Assembly (NCBI GenBank): GCA_003990765.1
Contig: RBNJ01000367.1
Coordinates: forward strand, 1-32,026
Length of the DNA stretch: 32,026 nucleotides
Origin: Jimgerdemannia flammicorona
Lineage: Eukaryota
Direction of reading: 5' to 3'
This document shows, piece after piece, positions 1-11,939 of this stretch (the stretch's first letter is position 1; the number at the start of each line of letters is the position of its first letter). The position numbers and the translations under genes were made by a program. A model generated the notes under the pieces. That model was not told where the DNA came from. It saw only the letters and a list, made by a program, of their open reading frames with translations, and did no database searches.

Positions 1-254
1 AAAAAAAAAAAATTATAATAATGGAATAATAGTTAAAACTAAATATAAAAATTTATTAGTCAAAATATATTTGTATTATAATTATTATTAATGGGTATAT
101 CTATAATATAAGGGTTTTTATATATTTATATCATTATATTTACTATATTATTATATATTAATATATTATAAGTATTCAATTTATAATTAATTGGAATTAG
201 TTATTATGGGACAATATTCTATATTTACCAAAATTAATATAAATTATTATGACA
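1..254. repeat. Extremely AT-rich decayed repeat, probably an LTR end
   Basis: CpG-free, TpA-rich sequence ending abruptly at TATGACA (248-254), an LTR-type ...CA terminus, where CpG-rich sequence begins. Confidence 0.35.
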
Positions 255-771
255 TCAGTATCCTGTGTAATTTGGTATTTTTCTACAATGTGCGTGACAA
301 ATTTCTACGTCACTTCGCTGCGTCAGCAGCGCATAAAATCGCGTAACTTGTACATCCCGCGGATATCCCAACATTGAGTGCAATCGGAATTTGCGGATCG
401 CATCATTGGAGACGTCATTCTTTACGCCATCAATTACCATGAGCATCTCTTCAACCGCAAGCCGCTAAGCCGTCGAGTCCGAATTTCGGACGTCTGTTTC
501 GGAGGAATACTCTCTAGCAGCAATTTACATGCGAACGCCTAGAGCGCGACAATTTTGAAAGCATGTTTCAGTTCATGTTACTCGGTGTCATCGGCTCTGA
601 TCCACTACCAACACAGTATTTGTTTTTTGGTGGTTTATTGTACAACTTCCTCTTTACTCCGTTTGCATTATTGCCGGAAGCAATATCATCCAGTTTGGCA
701 CCCTCCCATCCCATGCTTGTTCTCACAGTCCGTTTCACGTTCAAAGAACTGACCAATAACCACGTTAATTC

Positions 772-798
772 TTTTTTTTTTTTTTTTTTTTTTTTTTT
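772..798. repeat. Poly(T) homopolymer, 27 nt
   Basis: Read directly from the sequence. Confidence 0.95.
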
Positions 799-1132
799 GG
801 ACACAACGTTTCACGATTCATGACTTCGGCTGTTCTGTTTCGGCGGTTATTACAATTGTTCCAGCCCTTGGCTGAACGACGTAGGTGTTTTAGCCGCGAA
901 ATTTTTTTTAATTTGTGACGTCATGGCTATTTTGTTTATATTAGCAAAGGCAACACATACTTCACTCATTGTCGTTCGCAGAGAGAATTATTTCTGGAGG
1001 CAATTATCACATTCTTTCATATATGCGCTTCATTCACGTCTTTTATCTCCTATTCCAGGCCACTAACACTCATTCCTTTCAAAGCCATTGGTTGAGGGTT
1101 TGACGGGCCTAGTACTCAAGTTTAATTGGTGG

Positions 1133-1354
1133 AAAACGCCTTTCTTACGAACATGCTCAAGGTACCGGGTTCTCCTCCCTTGGTTTGGACCGCTTACCTC
1201 CTCAGCTGGGTAGGGCTCATACCGGAACATGTTTCATGGAATGTCATGGCATCTCAAGGTGACGAGGAGTTCATCCGCTGAATTCCTAAGATCCTTGAAC
1301 ATGTGTGGCAGGAAGTGTCTTGCCAAGCACTCGTGGTTCGGACGACGCATTTTT
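1133..1354. other. Putative structured RNA segment (long branched stem plus hairpin)
   Basis: ACATGCTCAAGG 1151-1162 pairs with CCTTGAACATGT 1293-1304 (11/12). CTCCTC-CCTTG 1172-1182 pairs with CAAGG 1255-1259 and GAGGAG 1264-1269. Inner hairpin CTTACCT 1193-1199/GGGTAGG 1208-1214. Hairpin TGGCAGGA 1306-1313/TCTTGCCA 1318-1325. Ends at T5 (1350-1354). Confidence 0.4.
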
Positions 1355-1454
1355 AAGATAAGTATTTACTATTTATGGCTTTGTTCAAAGTTGTTAAGGT
1401 TGTTGGTAATGGTACTGAAAAATTCGCGGCCTTCTCCGTCGAGGGACGGGGACT

Positions 1455-1537
1455 GGCCGTTCTTGGTTGCTTTCGCGTTATAATTAGGACGTGACAAAAC
1501 CAACTGATGAGTCCCTTAAGCAAGGACGAAAACGGTT
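1455..1537 (+). ncRNA. Type III hammerhead ribozyme
   Basis: Core CTGATGA 1504-1510. Stem II GTCC 1511-1514/GGAC 1524-1527. GAAA 1528-1531. Stem III GGCCGTT 1455-1461/AACGGTT 1531-1537 (5 Watson-Crick + 2 GU). Cleavage triplet UUC, cut after C1462. Stem I TTGGTT 1463-1468/AACCAA 1498-1503, extended by TCGCGTT 1473-1479/GACGTGA 1488-1494. Confidence 0.93.
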
Positions 1538-1637
1538 CCAGATAATACACTACTGTATCAAATAAGTCCTTTAACAGGTATATTCTCTAAATTCTCGTTC
1601 GTCGGGAAGAGAGGTTGCAGAAATAACTGGTCGATTT

Positions 1638-1905
1638 CCGTCCATCCGCCATAAATCCATCCATTCATCCGCCACCATCCATACATCCATATATCCGCCA
1701 CCATCCATACATCCATACATCCGCCATCCATTTTTCCATCTATTAATCCATCCATCCATCCATCCATCCATCGATTTACCACTAACCATCATTCTAATTC
1801 ATCCATCCATCCATCGATTTACTACTAACCATCATTCTAATTCATCCATCCATCCATCCATCCATCCATTTACCATTAACCAACATTCTAATTCATCCAT
1901 CCGCC
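1638..1905. repeat. (CCAT)n-derived microsatellite with three ~43-bp higher-order units
   Basis: CCATCC/CCATAC runs. Unit CGATTTACCACTAACCATCATTCTAATTCATCCATCC at ~1772, ~1815 and, diverged, ~1866. Confidence 0.9.
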
Positions 1906-2862
1906 AGTCACACATACAACCCTCGAACGAATGTTCCCTTCCCGATCGTGTCGTAGTCTGTATAAATGGCAGGGAATTGCGGTACTATTCTTTAGAGTGC
2001 AGTTGTTTAGTGGGTAATGGTAGAATACGTATCACGTCGTGGAATAGGAAGAAAAAGGGACCCAGACAATTATAACATTGGTTATAAATTGTACGTCATG
2101 AAGTAATAAACGCATGGTTTGCTGTCATCGTCTGTGTGCAGTGCTGAATCCTCAAACGGTCCTGTTTCAGGTTTGTTTGCTACTCACACACTCCAACTAC
2201 GATATCCGAAAGCCTTAACTTCAGCTACTATTCATTTGAACCTGAGGGCCTATCATCAAAGAATGGAATTTTATTGTGCCTTTCTGAGTTGGTCGTTTCC
2301 AATCAATAACTAGATACACGTCGTGACAAATTTGTGAATCATGAAGCTATACCAATCTTCTAAGTCTCTACCTTTCAAAAATGGAACTATTCTATAGTAT
2401 CCGAGCAGATTACTTCTGTCAAGTATACAGCAAAACTTTATTGAGATATATAATGTTATAGTTTGTTATAAAATAAAATAAATATATACAAAAAGTGCAG
2501 CAAAGGATTAACGCGTAATCCTGGATTTAATGAAAACAGACGTGTCCTGTCGTTCTCAGCCAATAACAGTTAGCTCAACAATAAGACTTTGAGAATGACT
2601 AAGTGTCATTCATGTGTTCAATTCATTTTAAGCGACCTGCATTACTTGCCGAAATTACTACCCAGCATAATATAATTTAGCCTCTCAATATTATATAAGG
2701 TGTTCAATTTGATACTTTATGATTCTGAAAATTATTTCTGTTTTATTTGTATCTATCTATTTCTTTCCCCCACAGATAGGGTCTCTGAGCTAGTAGCAGA
2801 TATTAACCATTTCAGAGTGTTTTATAGTAGATACTAATTTCTGAAGGAGTGCTATTCATAAT

Positions 2863-5800
2863 TGTTATAAAGTTAGAGAAAATAAGTAAAGCAAGAAGTA
2901 ATTGTTTATTGACTATGTAAGTTGTACTTTTATATATCAATATAGATAATATTTACATAATGATATAGTTAAGCTGTATTGCTATATATTGAGTTACTAT
3001 ATAACTAAGATATTTCAATACTTCTGCTCAATGAGATATATATATATAAAGAAATAAAATTCAAAATAAAACTAACTAAATTTAACTAATAGAATACTAT
3101 CTAAATGAGTAGAAAATGTCTAAATTCCCTACTTATAAGTATAAAAATAAGTAAAGATTATAGTAAAAGATTATCTTTAGCTGAATGAGTATAGATAGAA
3201 ATTGATAATATAGATCTATTTATAAATAAAGAGATGTAAGTAATGTTAGAGAGGCTTATTAGTACTCTAAAAGACTTTTTATTATATTCTATTATTATTA
3301 TTACTTGTTACTTACTTGTATAGAATTGCTCATAAGTCTTAATCCTTGTATATATAAGTTAAACTTTATCCTTAGAAGAACTTTAGTTAATAAATCTACT
3401 ATCATATACTCTATTGAAGTATACTCTAGATATATAGTATATTTTTCACATATTTCTATATGAAATAATACTATATATTAATATACTTCATTCTAACATA
3501 ATATATAGAGTTCTTTGCTAGAGTAATTATAGACTAGTTGTTTTACTAGAGTAGTAGAGTATTATTGCTTATATCCTAACTCCTTTAGAAGTTTATAAAG
3601 CTATATAAATTCCTTTACCACCATAGATAATATTTAATATTTACTTATATAAATGATATTACCACTGAAGATTGCTTGTATATTTGTTACAAAATAGCTC
3701 TTTTGCTGATTTTAAAGAGATATCTGATTATAGACTATCTGTCATCCAGATTACCTATAGTACTTCTACTTTATCTCTTATTATTACTATCTAAACTGAG
3801 CATATAGTATACCATACCTTTTATATATCTGAAAATATACTTAATTATCATCCAATACATATTATTATAGTATGAGAAGTATTACACTACTTTGTTGATT
3901 GTGAAATAGATATCAGGCATTATTCCTTATTTAAGATATATGTAAGTATAAGAGATTCTACTGCTTACTAATAAAGAATATTATTAGTTCTGAGTATAGT
4001 TTCAGATATGATATTACTGGACTTCTTTAGTCTTACAGATATCTCTATAAGGGTTTCAACTAGTTTATATTTATTTATGTCAAATCATTCAAGTATAGTC
4101 TGAATATAGAGTTCTTAACTTAGTTATATAGTCTATATATTTCTATTATATACATATAATGGATATATTACTCATATCTGTCATCTTGAATTCCTGGTAT
4201 AGTTTTGTCTTTATATTATTGATCTTATTCACTATTTCAATCAGAATAATATCATTCATCCAAATATCTAAGTATATCATTCCTGAGAATATACTAGATA
4301 TATATATTAGCTTCACAATGCTTATATATATCTGTTATCTAAGAGATATTTATTGATCTATTTATTTCAGATATATACTACTTACTTGATTTTGTATAAT
4401 ACTTTATATAGTTTATATATAAACTTATTTTCATTATTATTGTATAGTTCATATCTTTATAGCTAATATATAGCTCTGTATTTATGTTATCATTCAAGAA
4501 TGCTATCTCTTAATATCTATTTTATAGATTTCATAGTTATATTTGGCTATAATTATAAGAAGTATTATAAGCAAAGTAAGTTTGAATACTGGGAAGAATG
4601 TCTTATTGTAGTTTATATTATATCCTTATAAATATCCCTTTGCTATAAATTAAACTTTATACTACTTTATACTGCTCTAGCAATTATATTTGATTTTATA
4701 GACTCACTGAGATCTAATAGCTTACTTATCTATCAGGAGAGAAACTAGATCCCAGGTATTATTTTTGATAAGTAAACTATACTTCTCATCTATTGCTTAT
4801 TGTTATTATTTATTATTAGGTGATGATACAGCCTTATTATAGATTACAGACTTATCTATTATTGCTATGTAGATATATTTACAAGTTCTGATATAGTTTA
4901 CATACTGTTTATTATTTAATATATATTTCTTTTTACTCTTTCAAGAGATATTCTCATTGTTATTCTCATCTATAATTTCTATAATTCTTGACTCTGATAA
5001 TCTCATTGATATATATATGTACTGTACTGATATCAGTATAGGTACTAGAGATATCTTTATCAGAATTTTAACTACTATTTTAGATATAGAGATTGTTCTA
5101 CTTATCTTTGAAGTTAGTATAGATATTGCTGACTATACTATTAAATTAGATATAGAGATAGAAATTTTCATCTGAATTTTCTACTTAGTCTCCTTGAACT
5201 AAATATTATAAGAGATTATTGAATAGTATTTCTGCAAGTTCCACAGTCTATATGCTACTCTATTATATCTATAAATATATACTTATTTACTTTAGACTCA
5301 AACTTATCTTTATTATTACTATTATTTAGAATATAAGTCTCACTTCTAAATATATATAGATGTAAAATATCAGACTTGGATCTACTCTATAATTCTTCAA
5401 GAGTAAGATCAGTATTATTTTTAAATTATTGATTATTACTAAATTCCTTACTTAAAGTTTGAGAAATATAATGATTTCAGATATATACTACTATATTCAC
5501 TACTTTGGCCCAAAAAGAGTATAGTAAGCCAGCTATATTTATCATTATTTAAGCTATCTTTACTAATGTTTAATTAAAGCATTTTACTATACTATTCTAC
5601 TGAGATATATAGAGAGCTATTGTAGAGTATTAAATACTATGCTTCTTTAAGAAGTACATATCTAAAGACTCTTATTGATATATTCCTTACCATTATCTGA
5701 GTATAAAGTCTGTATCTTATATTCTGTTACATTCTTTATAGTTATATTGAATTTTTGGAATTTTCAAATATCTCATTCTTTATTATAAGGAAATATATAT

Positions 5801-6590
5801 AGACTTTATAAGTATAATTATTAATAAAGATAATAAAACACCACTTCTCTAAGTGTTTTAGAGTTTATATAAAGTAATAGATAGCTGTATGAATCAGGTT
5901 AAAAATACTAGTCATCCACTTTATCTATTTCTGAAAAGGTTACCAGATAGCCTTATTTGCTATATATCTATTATAAAAGAGTTTAGAGATATATAATCAA
6001 GTAATCCTCTTACTAAGCTACTCCTTATTATTTATTTTAATCTTATCTTGTAAATATATCCTAAGTATTTATATTATATATATCAGATATTCTCTCCAGT
6101 CATAGTTGAAGAATATATAGATGATACATTACTTAGTATACAATCAATTGTATATATATTTCTCTTTATATATATATACATATATTAACTTTTTATTATT
6201 CTTCATATTAATTACTGTTATACTTTTTGAATATATATTTACTCCTCTGACTCCTCAAGCTATCATCTGGCATATCAAGAAGAGGTTTCTATCTTTATCT
6301 AATATATATAGTATATTTACAAAGATATCTGAAGGTTTATTAATATTCCCATATAGATATAGAGTGCTCAAACTTCCTATATATAGAGAACTACTTATAG
6401 TATATTATCATATATTATATTATACTAGAATCAATAAGTTAGACTTCTTTGTTATATATATAAGTGTTTAGTATATAGCTTATATTAGTGCTGATACTAT
6501 TGATATTAGCAATACTGTTTTTTACTATCTGAAAATATTTTCCAAATTCACTCTTATATCTCCCTCTGCAGGTAAGTAGATTGCTATTAT
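2863..6590 (-). mobile_element. Ty1/copia remnant 1 (protease-integrase-RT-RNase H, PPT, 3' LTR); gag and 5' LTR missing
   Basis: Decayed minus-strand motifs: *LIDSS protease (~6430), YKYLGY (from HKRLGH, ~6065), LIHT..FIIFINNYT integrase (~5800-5900), TLAKNSIYYVRMKYINI..MIVDLLTKVL RNase H (~3370-3540). PPT TGAGCAGAAG at 3030-3021, then LTR starting TATTGAA (from TGTTG) at 3020. Left LTR boundary is approximate. Confidence 0.85.
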
Positions 6591-9500
6591 TATTGTAAAA
6601 GAGAGACACTTTATTGAAGTTGTATAGGTTACATATTTCTCTATATTACTGATGAATGACATAAGTCTGATGAAATGCCATAAGATCACATACTGGTATA
6701 TTGAGTTGTTATTTCAATACTCCCACTCAATGAGATATGTAACCTAAAAAAAAAATACAAACTAGAATAGAAGCAAACTAGAGTAAACTAAAAATGATTA
6801 ATGAAATGCTATTTAGATAACTGCAGAAGGTCAAAATTTGCTACTTATAAGTATGAAAATATATCCAAAAATACCCATAGATGAAGAATATAAAGAATTT
6901 AATATATATAATATACTTGTAGATGAGGGATATAATCAATATAGATATCAAACATATATATAATATATAACATAGTAAGGGAGGCTTTTTGCAGTCTGAA
7001 AAATATTCCATGATCAAGCAAATACTAGTATAAGACTCATTCCTTTACAATATAGCTTGAACTTTGGCTTTGGAAGAACTTTTGTAAGGAAATTGGTGAT
7101 CATATACTCTATGGAGATATATTTTAGGTGTATTGCACCAGTTTCTATATATTCATATATAAAATGATGCTGTATATTGATATATTTCATTCTGCTATAG
7201 TATACTGGATTCTTGGTGAGTACAATCATAGACAGGTTATTTTGGCATAGTATAGTACTTTCTTGTATAAAGCAAAGCTCCTTTAATAGTTTGCAGAGCC
7301 ATATGACTTCCTTTGTTACCAATATAGAAGAGATATCTAGTTATAGATCAAGGCTTATCTAAGTCTCTAGCCCAATTGTCATCATATATACTGAATAGCT
7401 GGATGCTATTACTTTTGCCATTACTCTTGCTTAATCCAATGTCACTATTGCCCAATGTGAGTATATAGTATACTGTATCTTTTAGGTACTGGAATATTCT
7501 TTTAATAATACTCTAATGTGAATTATTATAGCTGGAGGAGTACTGCACTACCTTATTTATGGCATATGATATATTAGACCTCATTCTAAGTATGAGATAT
7601 ATAAGAGAACTGACAACTTACCAATAGGAAATATTAGTACTATTCTTGGCAGGCATGTTGTCATTATCTTTGAGAGTAGTATCTGGCTTCCTTAACTTTA
7701 CAAAAGTCTTCATAGGAGTATCAACAGGCTTGTATTCACTTATATTAAAACATTCAAGAATTATTTGAGTATATATCACTTGTGAGAGATATATAATATA
7801 TATATTCCTATTATATATAATAGATATCCCTAAAAGAGAGAATGTATTGCTCATATCTATCATCTTGAACTCTCAGTATAGGGTTTTTTTTACTCTGTTA
7901 AGCCTGTTCTTACTGATAATGATGATGATATCATCTACTTATATACTAATAAATACTATGATACTATTGTTATAATACTGGATATATATACAATTATCTG
8001 CTTTACACTATGTAAATCCATTATTAAGAAGATATTTATTGAACCTTTTATTCCATAGGCATACTGCTTACTTAATACTATATAGTCTCTTATATAATTT
8101 ATATATGAACTTCCTGTTTGAGCTATCATATAGTTTAGTGTCTACATCATTGTTCAGAAATGCCATCTTGATATCTATTTGATGGATTTCGAGATTGTAT
8201 ACCATACTGATCATAAGAAGTATTCTAAGTGAAGTAAGCTTGAACACTGGCAAGAATGTTTCATCATAGTCTATGCCAAATCTTGCAAATAACCCTAGGC
8301 AATTAAATGAGCTTTATACTGCTCTACATTGTTATCAGTATTGCACTTTATCCTATATACCAACTTGAATCCAATTGCTTGATAGTTTGGCAGAAGAGAT
8401 ACTAGATCACATGTGTTATTCTTAATGAGTGAATTATATTCTTTATCTATTGTGCATTTCCATTTCTTATTGTCTACATTACTTATAGCTTCATTATATA
8501 TATGCTTCAGCATAGCTCATGTAGTTCTTATATTACTATCTAGGGCTTGCAAGTGTATTCCAAAAACTTTCTAATTCTGAATGAGTTTTTTGCCAAATAT
8601 TAGATCACTTTTTACCCTTTATAGAGGATCCTTTATCATTATATTCACTATCATCATCTTTATCTTTGATCTTGGTAATCCTTGGCTCAGGTAACTCTGG
8701 CTTAGATATATATTGCAGGTAATTTTCAACTGGCTATATTTGAAAAATATTTTTCTTTACTGCTGGAGAGGTAGATAACAGTTGTTCTAGTTGCTATATT
8801 TGTGCTAACTGGGATGTAGAGCTTGTTTCAACTAGTACTTCTATGTGGATCTCTGAGGCTTTTTCTCTGAACTACATATTATGCAAAATGACTATATGTT
8901 ACATACATAGATCTTATAGTCTATATGCTTTGCTAGAATATCCAAGAAATATATGCTTGCTAGCCTTGGGTTCAAATTTATCCTGGATAGTATTACTTTT
9001 ATCAAGGATATATGTATTATATCAGAATATATACAGATGGAATATGTTGGACTTTATTCTACTTTATAACTAAGAGTAACATTATTATCCTTATACTTAT
9101 TACTATTAGCTTTCTTACTGAGTAATTGAGATATGTATTGGTTACAGATATATACTACCATATTGATGACTTTGGCTCAATAGGAATATTCTAGTCTGGT
9201 CGTTACATTAATCTTCATTTGAGCTATTTTAATGATTATATGGTTAAATTACTTGGTTATATCATTTTACTGAGGCATATAAGGAGCCATTATTTGATGA
9301 CTTATACTGTACTTTATCAAGATTTCCCTGAATATATTATTGATGTATTCACATCTATTATCTGAGCATATGTCATATATTCTACATTCTGTTTTGTTCT
9401 TAATGATTGCCTTGAATTCTTTAAATTTCTCCAAGGCTTTGCTCTTTACTAATAGAAAATACACATATATATATCTTGTACATATAATCAATGATAAACA

Positions 9501-11260
9501 TCAGAAAATATCTCTTTGTGAAATATGATAGGGTATATATCAGGCCACATATATCCATATAGATTAGATTGAGAATCCCTAAGATATACTTCTGTTATTC
9601 TTCAAACAGTCACTTGGAGACTTCATTTTCCATATATGACTCACAAAAGCTATCCTTCAGATATATATGCTGATAATCCTTTTACTGAGTCACTTCTTAT
9701 CATATGTTTGAGGCTCATCTTACTGATATATCTTAAGTATTGATACCACATATTGGATATATTAGATGTAGTTATTGCATAAGTAGAGGCTCTCATGCCA
9801 TTTAACATCTTATTAATCATATAAAGATTTCTACATTTCAAAGCTATCATTAGCTTATCATCATGCAAATTATATATAGTGGTACCTTTTGCATATATAT
9901 AGATCTCTTTATTGCTATAGAATATTATTTTCTTATCAAAACAAGATTCTTTCTGATTTCTGAGATATATAGTACATTAATGAAGGTATTGGTAGATTCT
10001 ATGATATTGCTATAGAGATATATCCCCATGTTTCTTTTTCCTTAAGTATAGATGATATTATTATCTCTCAGTTTGATAGATACAGAGTATTCAAATGGTT
10101 GGTATATAGAGAACTATTCCCTGTATGGCATTATGTATTGTATAGCTCTAGAATTCATAAATCAGATATTATTGTTATTAGTTATATTAGCAGATTTGCT
10201 GCTGGGTATATAGTTGATGTCATCACTACTTTTTATTAGCCAAAAAGTGTTTTGCTGACTGGAATTTGTAGATGATGGGTTGATAGATTTGGTGGTAGAT
10301 CTTGTGGTGACAAAACTGGCAGAACTGGTACTAGTAGAATTGATAGGACTTTTAGGTCCATAAATGTTATCTTTCTGATCAGATTTCATAGATGTGGTAG
10401 ATTTCACACTGGCAGAACTAGTATTGGAGCTTGTGATGGAACTAGTGGCTATACAAAAAATAGATTACTGCTTTCATCAGTTTCAGTAGTATTTGTATTG
10501 CCATGCTTCTCTTTGTCTTGATAGTTGATTCCACTGCTCTCATATGTATTACCAATACTGGCTTCCATATTGTTGCTTATTTTCACTACTCTCCTTATCA
10601 TTCTCCCAATGATAACAATGGCATTTCCTGCTATAGTATTCACAGTAACCATCATACTTGGTTGATTGATTGGTGGACTGGTTATTATTATATTGTTGAA
10701 CTTGGGTTTGAGTTCATTAATCTATTTGATCATACTTTTGACCTTATTTGATACTGCCACATCCATGAGACCCATAGAGGGCATTTTCATCATTATCATT
10801 AGCACTCTTTCCTTGATGCATTTCCTCATTTATAAGGCTTATTATTACATAGACATAGTTCAAAAGACTGCTGCTTTCATATATAGCTGTGATGACAATA
10901 TTATATATGTTCAGAAGTCCTCTTGTAAGTGCTATAACCTTATCTTTATTGCCAATATAGTCTGCAGATATACTGATAGAGTTTACTTGATTAACTAGAT
11001 CATCAATGCAACTGGCATATTTACAGATACTCTTCTTTGGCTTAATTCAAAGATTGAATAGCTGAGATTTCAGGTGAAATTAATTCAATATAGATACTTA
11101 TATGTATATAATACTTGTGTAGGGCTTCCCACACCTTGTGAGCCATCATGGTATACATTATAAGCTTTATTTGTAAGTTTGACAATATGAATGTGATCTT
11201 ATATAATGCTTGGCAATTATTTGCAGGGTTATAATCTTGAATTAGCACTTATGGCTTTAT
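6591..11260 (-). mobile_element. Ty1/copia remnant 2 (gag-PR-IN-RT-RH, PPT, 3' LTR); 5' end truncated
   Basis: ORF fragments: RNase H 7014-7322 (KNPVYYSRMKYINIQHHF...MITNFLTKVL), RT 7618-8513 (IHQIDIKMAFLN, YKAHLIA), integrase 9267-9491, pre-integrase 9650-9868 (WYQYLRY), protease *FMNSRA ~10150, gag ~10650-11250. PPT TGAGTGGGAG 6729-6720, LTR starting at 6719. Confidence 0.9.
7014..11250 (-). pseudogene. Copia gag-pol polyprotein pseudogene
   Basis: Domain motifs in copia order (PR-IN-RT-RH), interrupted by many stops and frameshifts. Confidence 0.88.
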
Positions 11261-11264
11261 GTAC

Positions 11265-11898
11265 TCCACTAGGCTATGGTGGTGCATACTGAGGAGGAAT
11301 GTCATGCTCAACTTCTGCTCAGATCATCTTATCAAGGGGGATTGCTTCGACTGTGAGGAGTACTACAATGTCAGGCAGAAAGGAGGATATGTATAGATAC
11401 CTAAACATTGGCTAGAAGAGTATAAGGTACTTAGTGACTTTTGGCAGGCTATTGGAGACTACTTAGGGGTAGTGTATAGAGGAGATGGCACATGGGGTTG
11501 GTGGGAGGATTTGAAGGATAGACTAGTGGGGGGGGTGGGAAAGAAGTGGCTTATATTAGGCTGGGTTTTAGCAATTTGAGTGGGGCTGACCAGTTACTGG
11601 CTATTTGTATTTGAAGATAGGAGGAGACTGGGCTTAGAAGACTGGTTGCTGCATTGGCATAGCCTTATGGAAGACACCTTGATGGGCTGGTGGCTTGGTT
11701 GGGGGCTATAGAGTGGTTGAAGGCATCACTTAGTAGAGAAGCTATGTAGGCAGAGTGGGGGGAGGGTGGGAGTAGTGGGCAAAAAGGTAGTCTTTATTCA
11801 TAATAGTATAGAGAGAGGCTCCTCTATGGGGATTGGATAGTGGGAGGTGATACTGTATACTTATTAATAGACTGGTAATAAATGGCAGAGTCCAAGTG

Positions 11899-11935
<37 letters not shown>
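11265..11935 (+). mobile_element. 5'-truncated LINE (L1/Tx1-like) 3' end, copy 1
   Basis: Decayed ORF2 C-terminal zinc-finger region (RRNVMLNFCSDH...FDCEEY...PKHWLEEY...DFW). AATAAA 11877-11882, A32 tail 11904-11935. Homologous to ~12440-13071. Confidence 0.8.

Positions 11936-11939
<4 letters not shown>

Noticed and set aside
772..798. Poly(T) as the tail of a minus-strand retrocopy
   Set aside because: No target-site duplication or defined 5' end found.
255..823. Short ORFs on both strands as a host gene
   Set aside because: No recognisable domain, in-frame stop at 467-465, no convincing splice structure; the poly-K/poly-F stretches come from the T27 run.
1058..1110. Twister-like words TAACAC...AAGCC...GAGGG
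   Set aside because: The P4 helix and pseudoknot-forming GCCGGU segment are missing.
1170..1215. Minus-strand CTGAGGA (1205-1199) as an antisense hammerhead, or an HDV-like fold on +
   Set aside because: No GAAA after a stem II on the minus strand. No P2 partner or correctly placed P1.1 for an HDV-like fold.
1558..1792. W/M/D/G-rich ORFs
   Set aside because: Translation artefacts of the CCAT microsatellite.
4159..6471. Hydrophobic I/L/Y-rich + strand ORFs (4159, 4957, 6121)
   Set aside because: Antisense to the AT-shifted copia pol; compositional artefacts.
6649..6705. Hammerhead-like CTGATGA...GAAA with a plausible stem III (ATGCCA/TGGTAT) in the copia LTR
   Set aside because: Stem I cannot form (T-T mismatch at the second pair, not fixable by reversing transitions), and stem II is bulged and lacks the G10.1-C11.1 pair.
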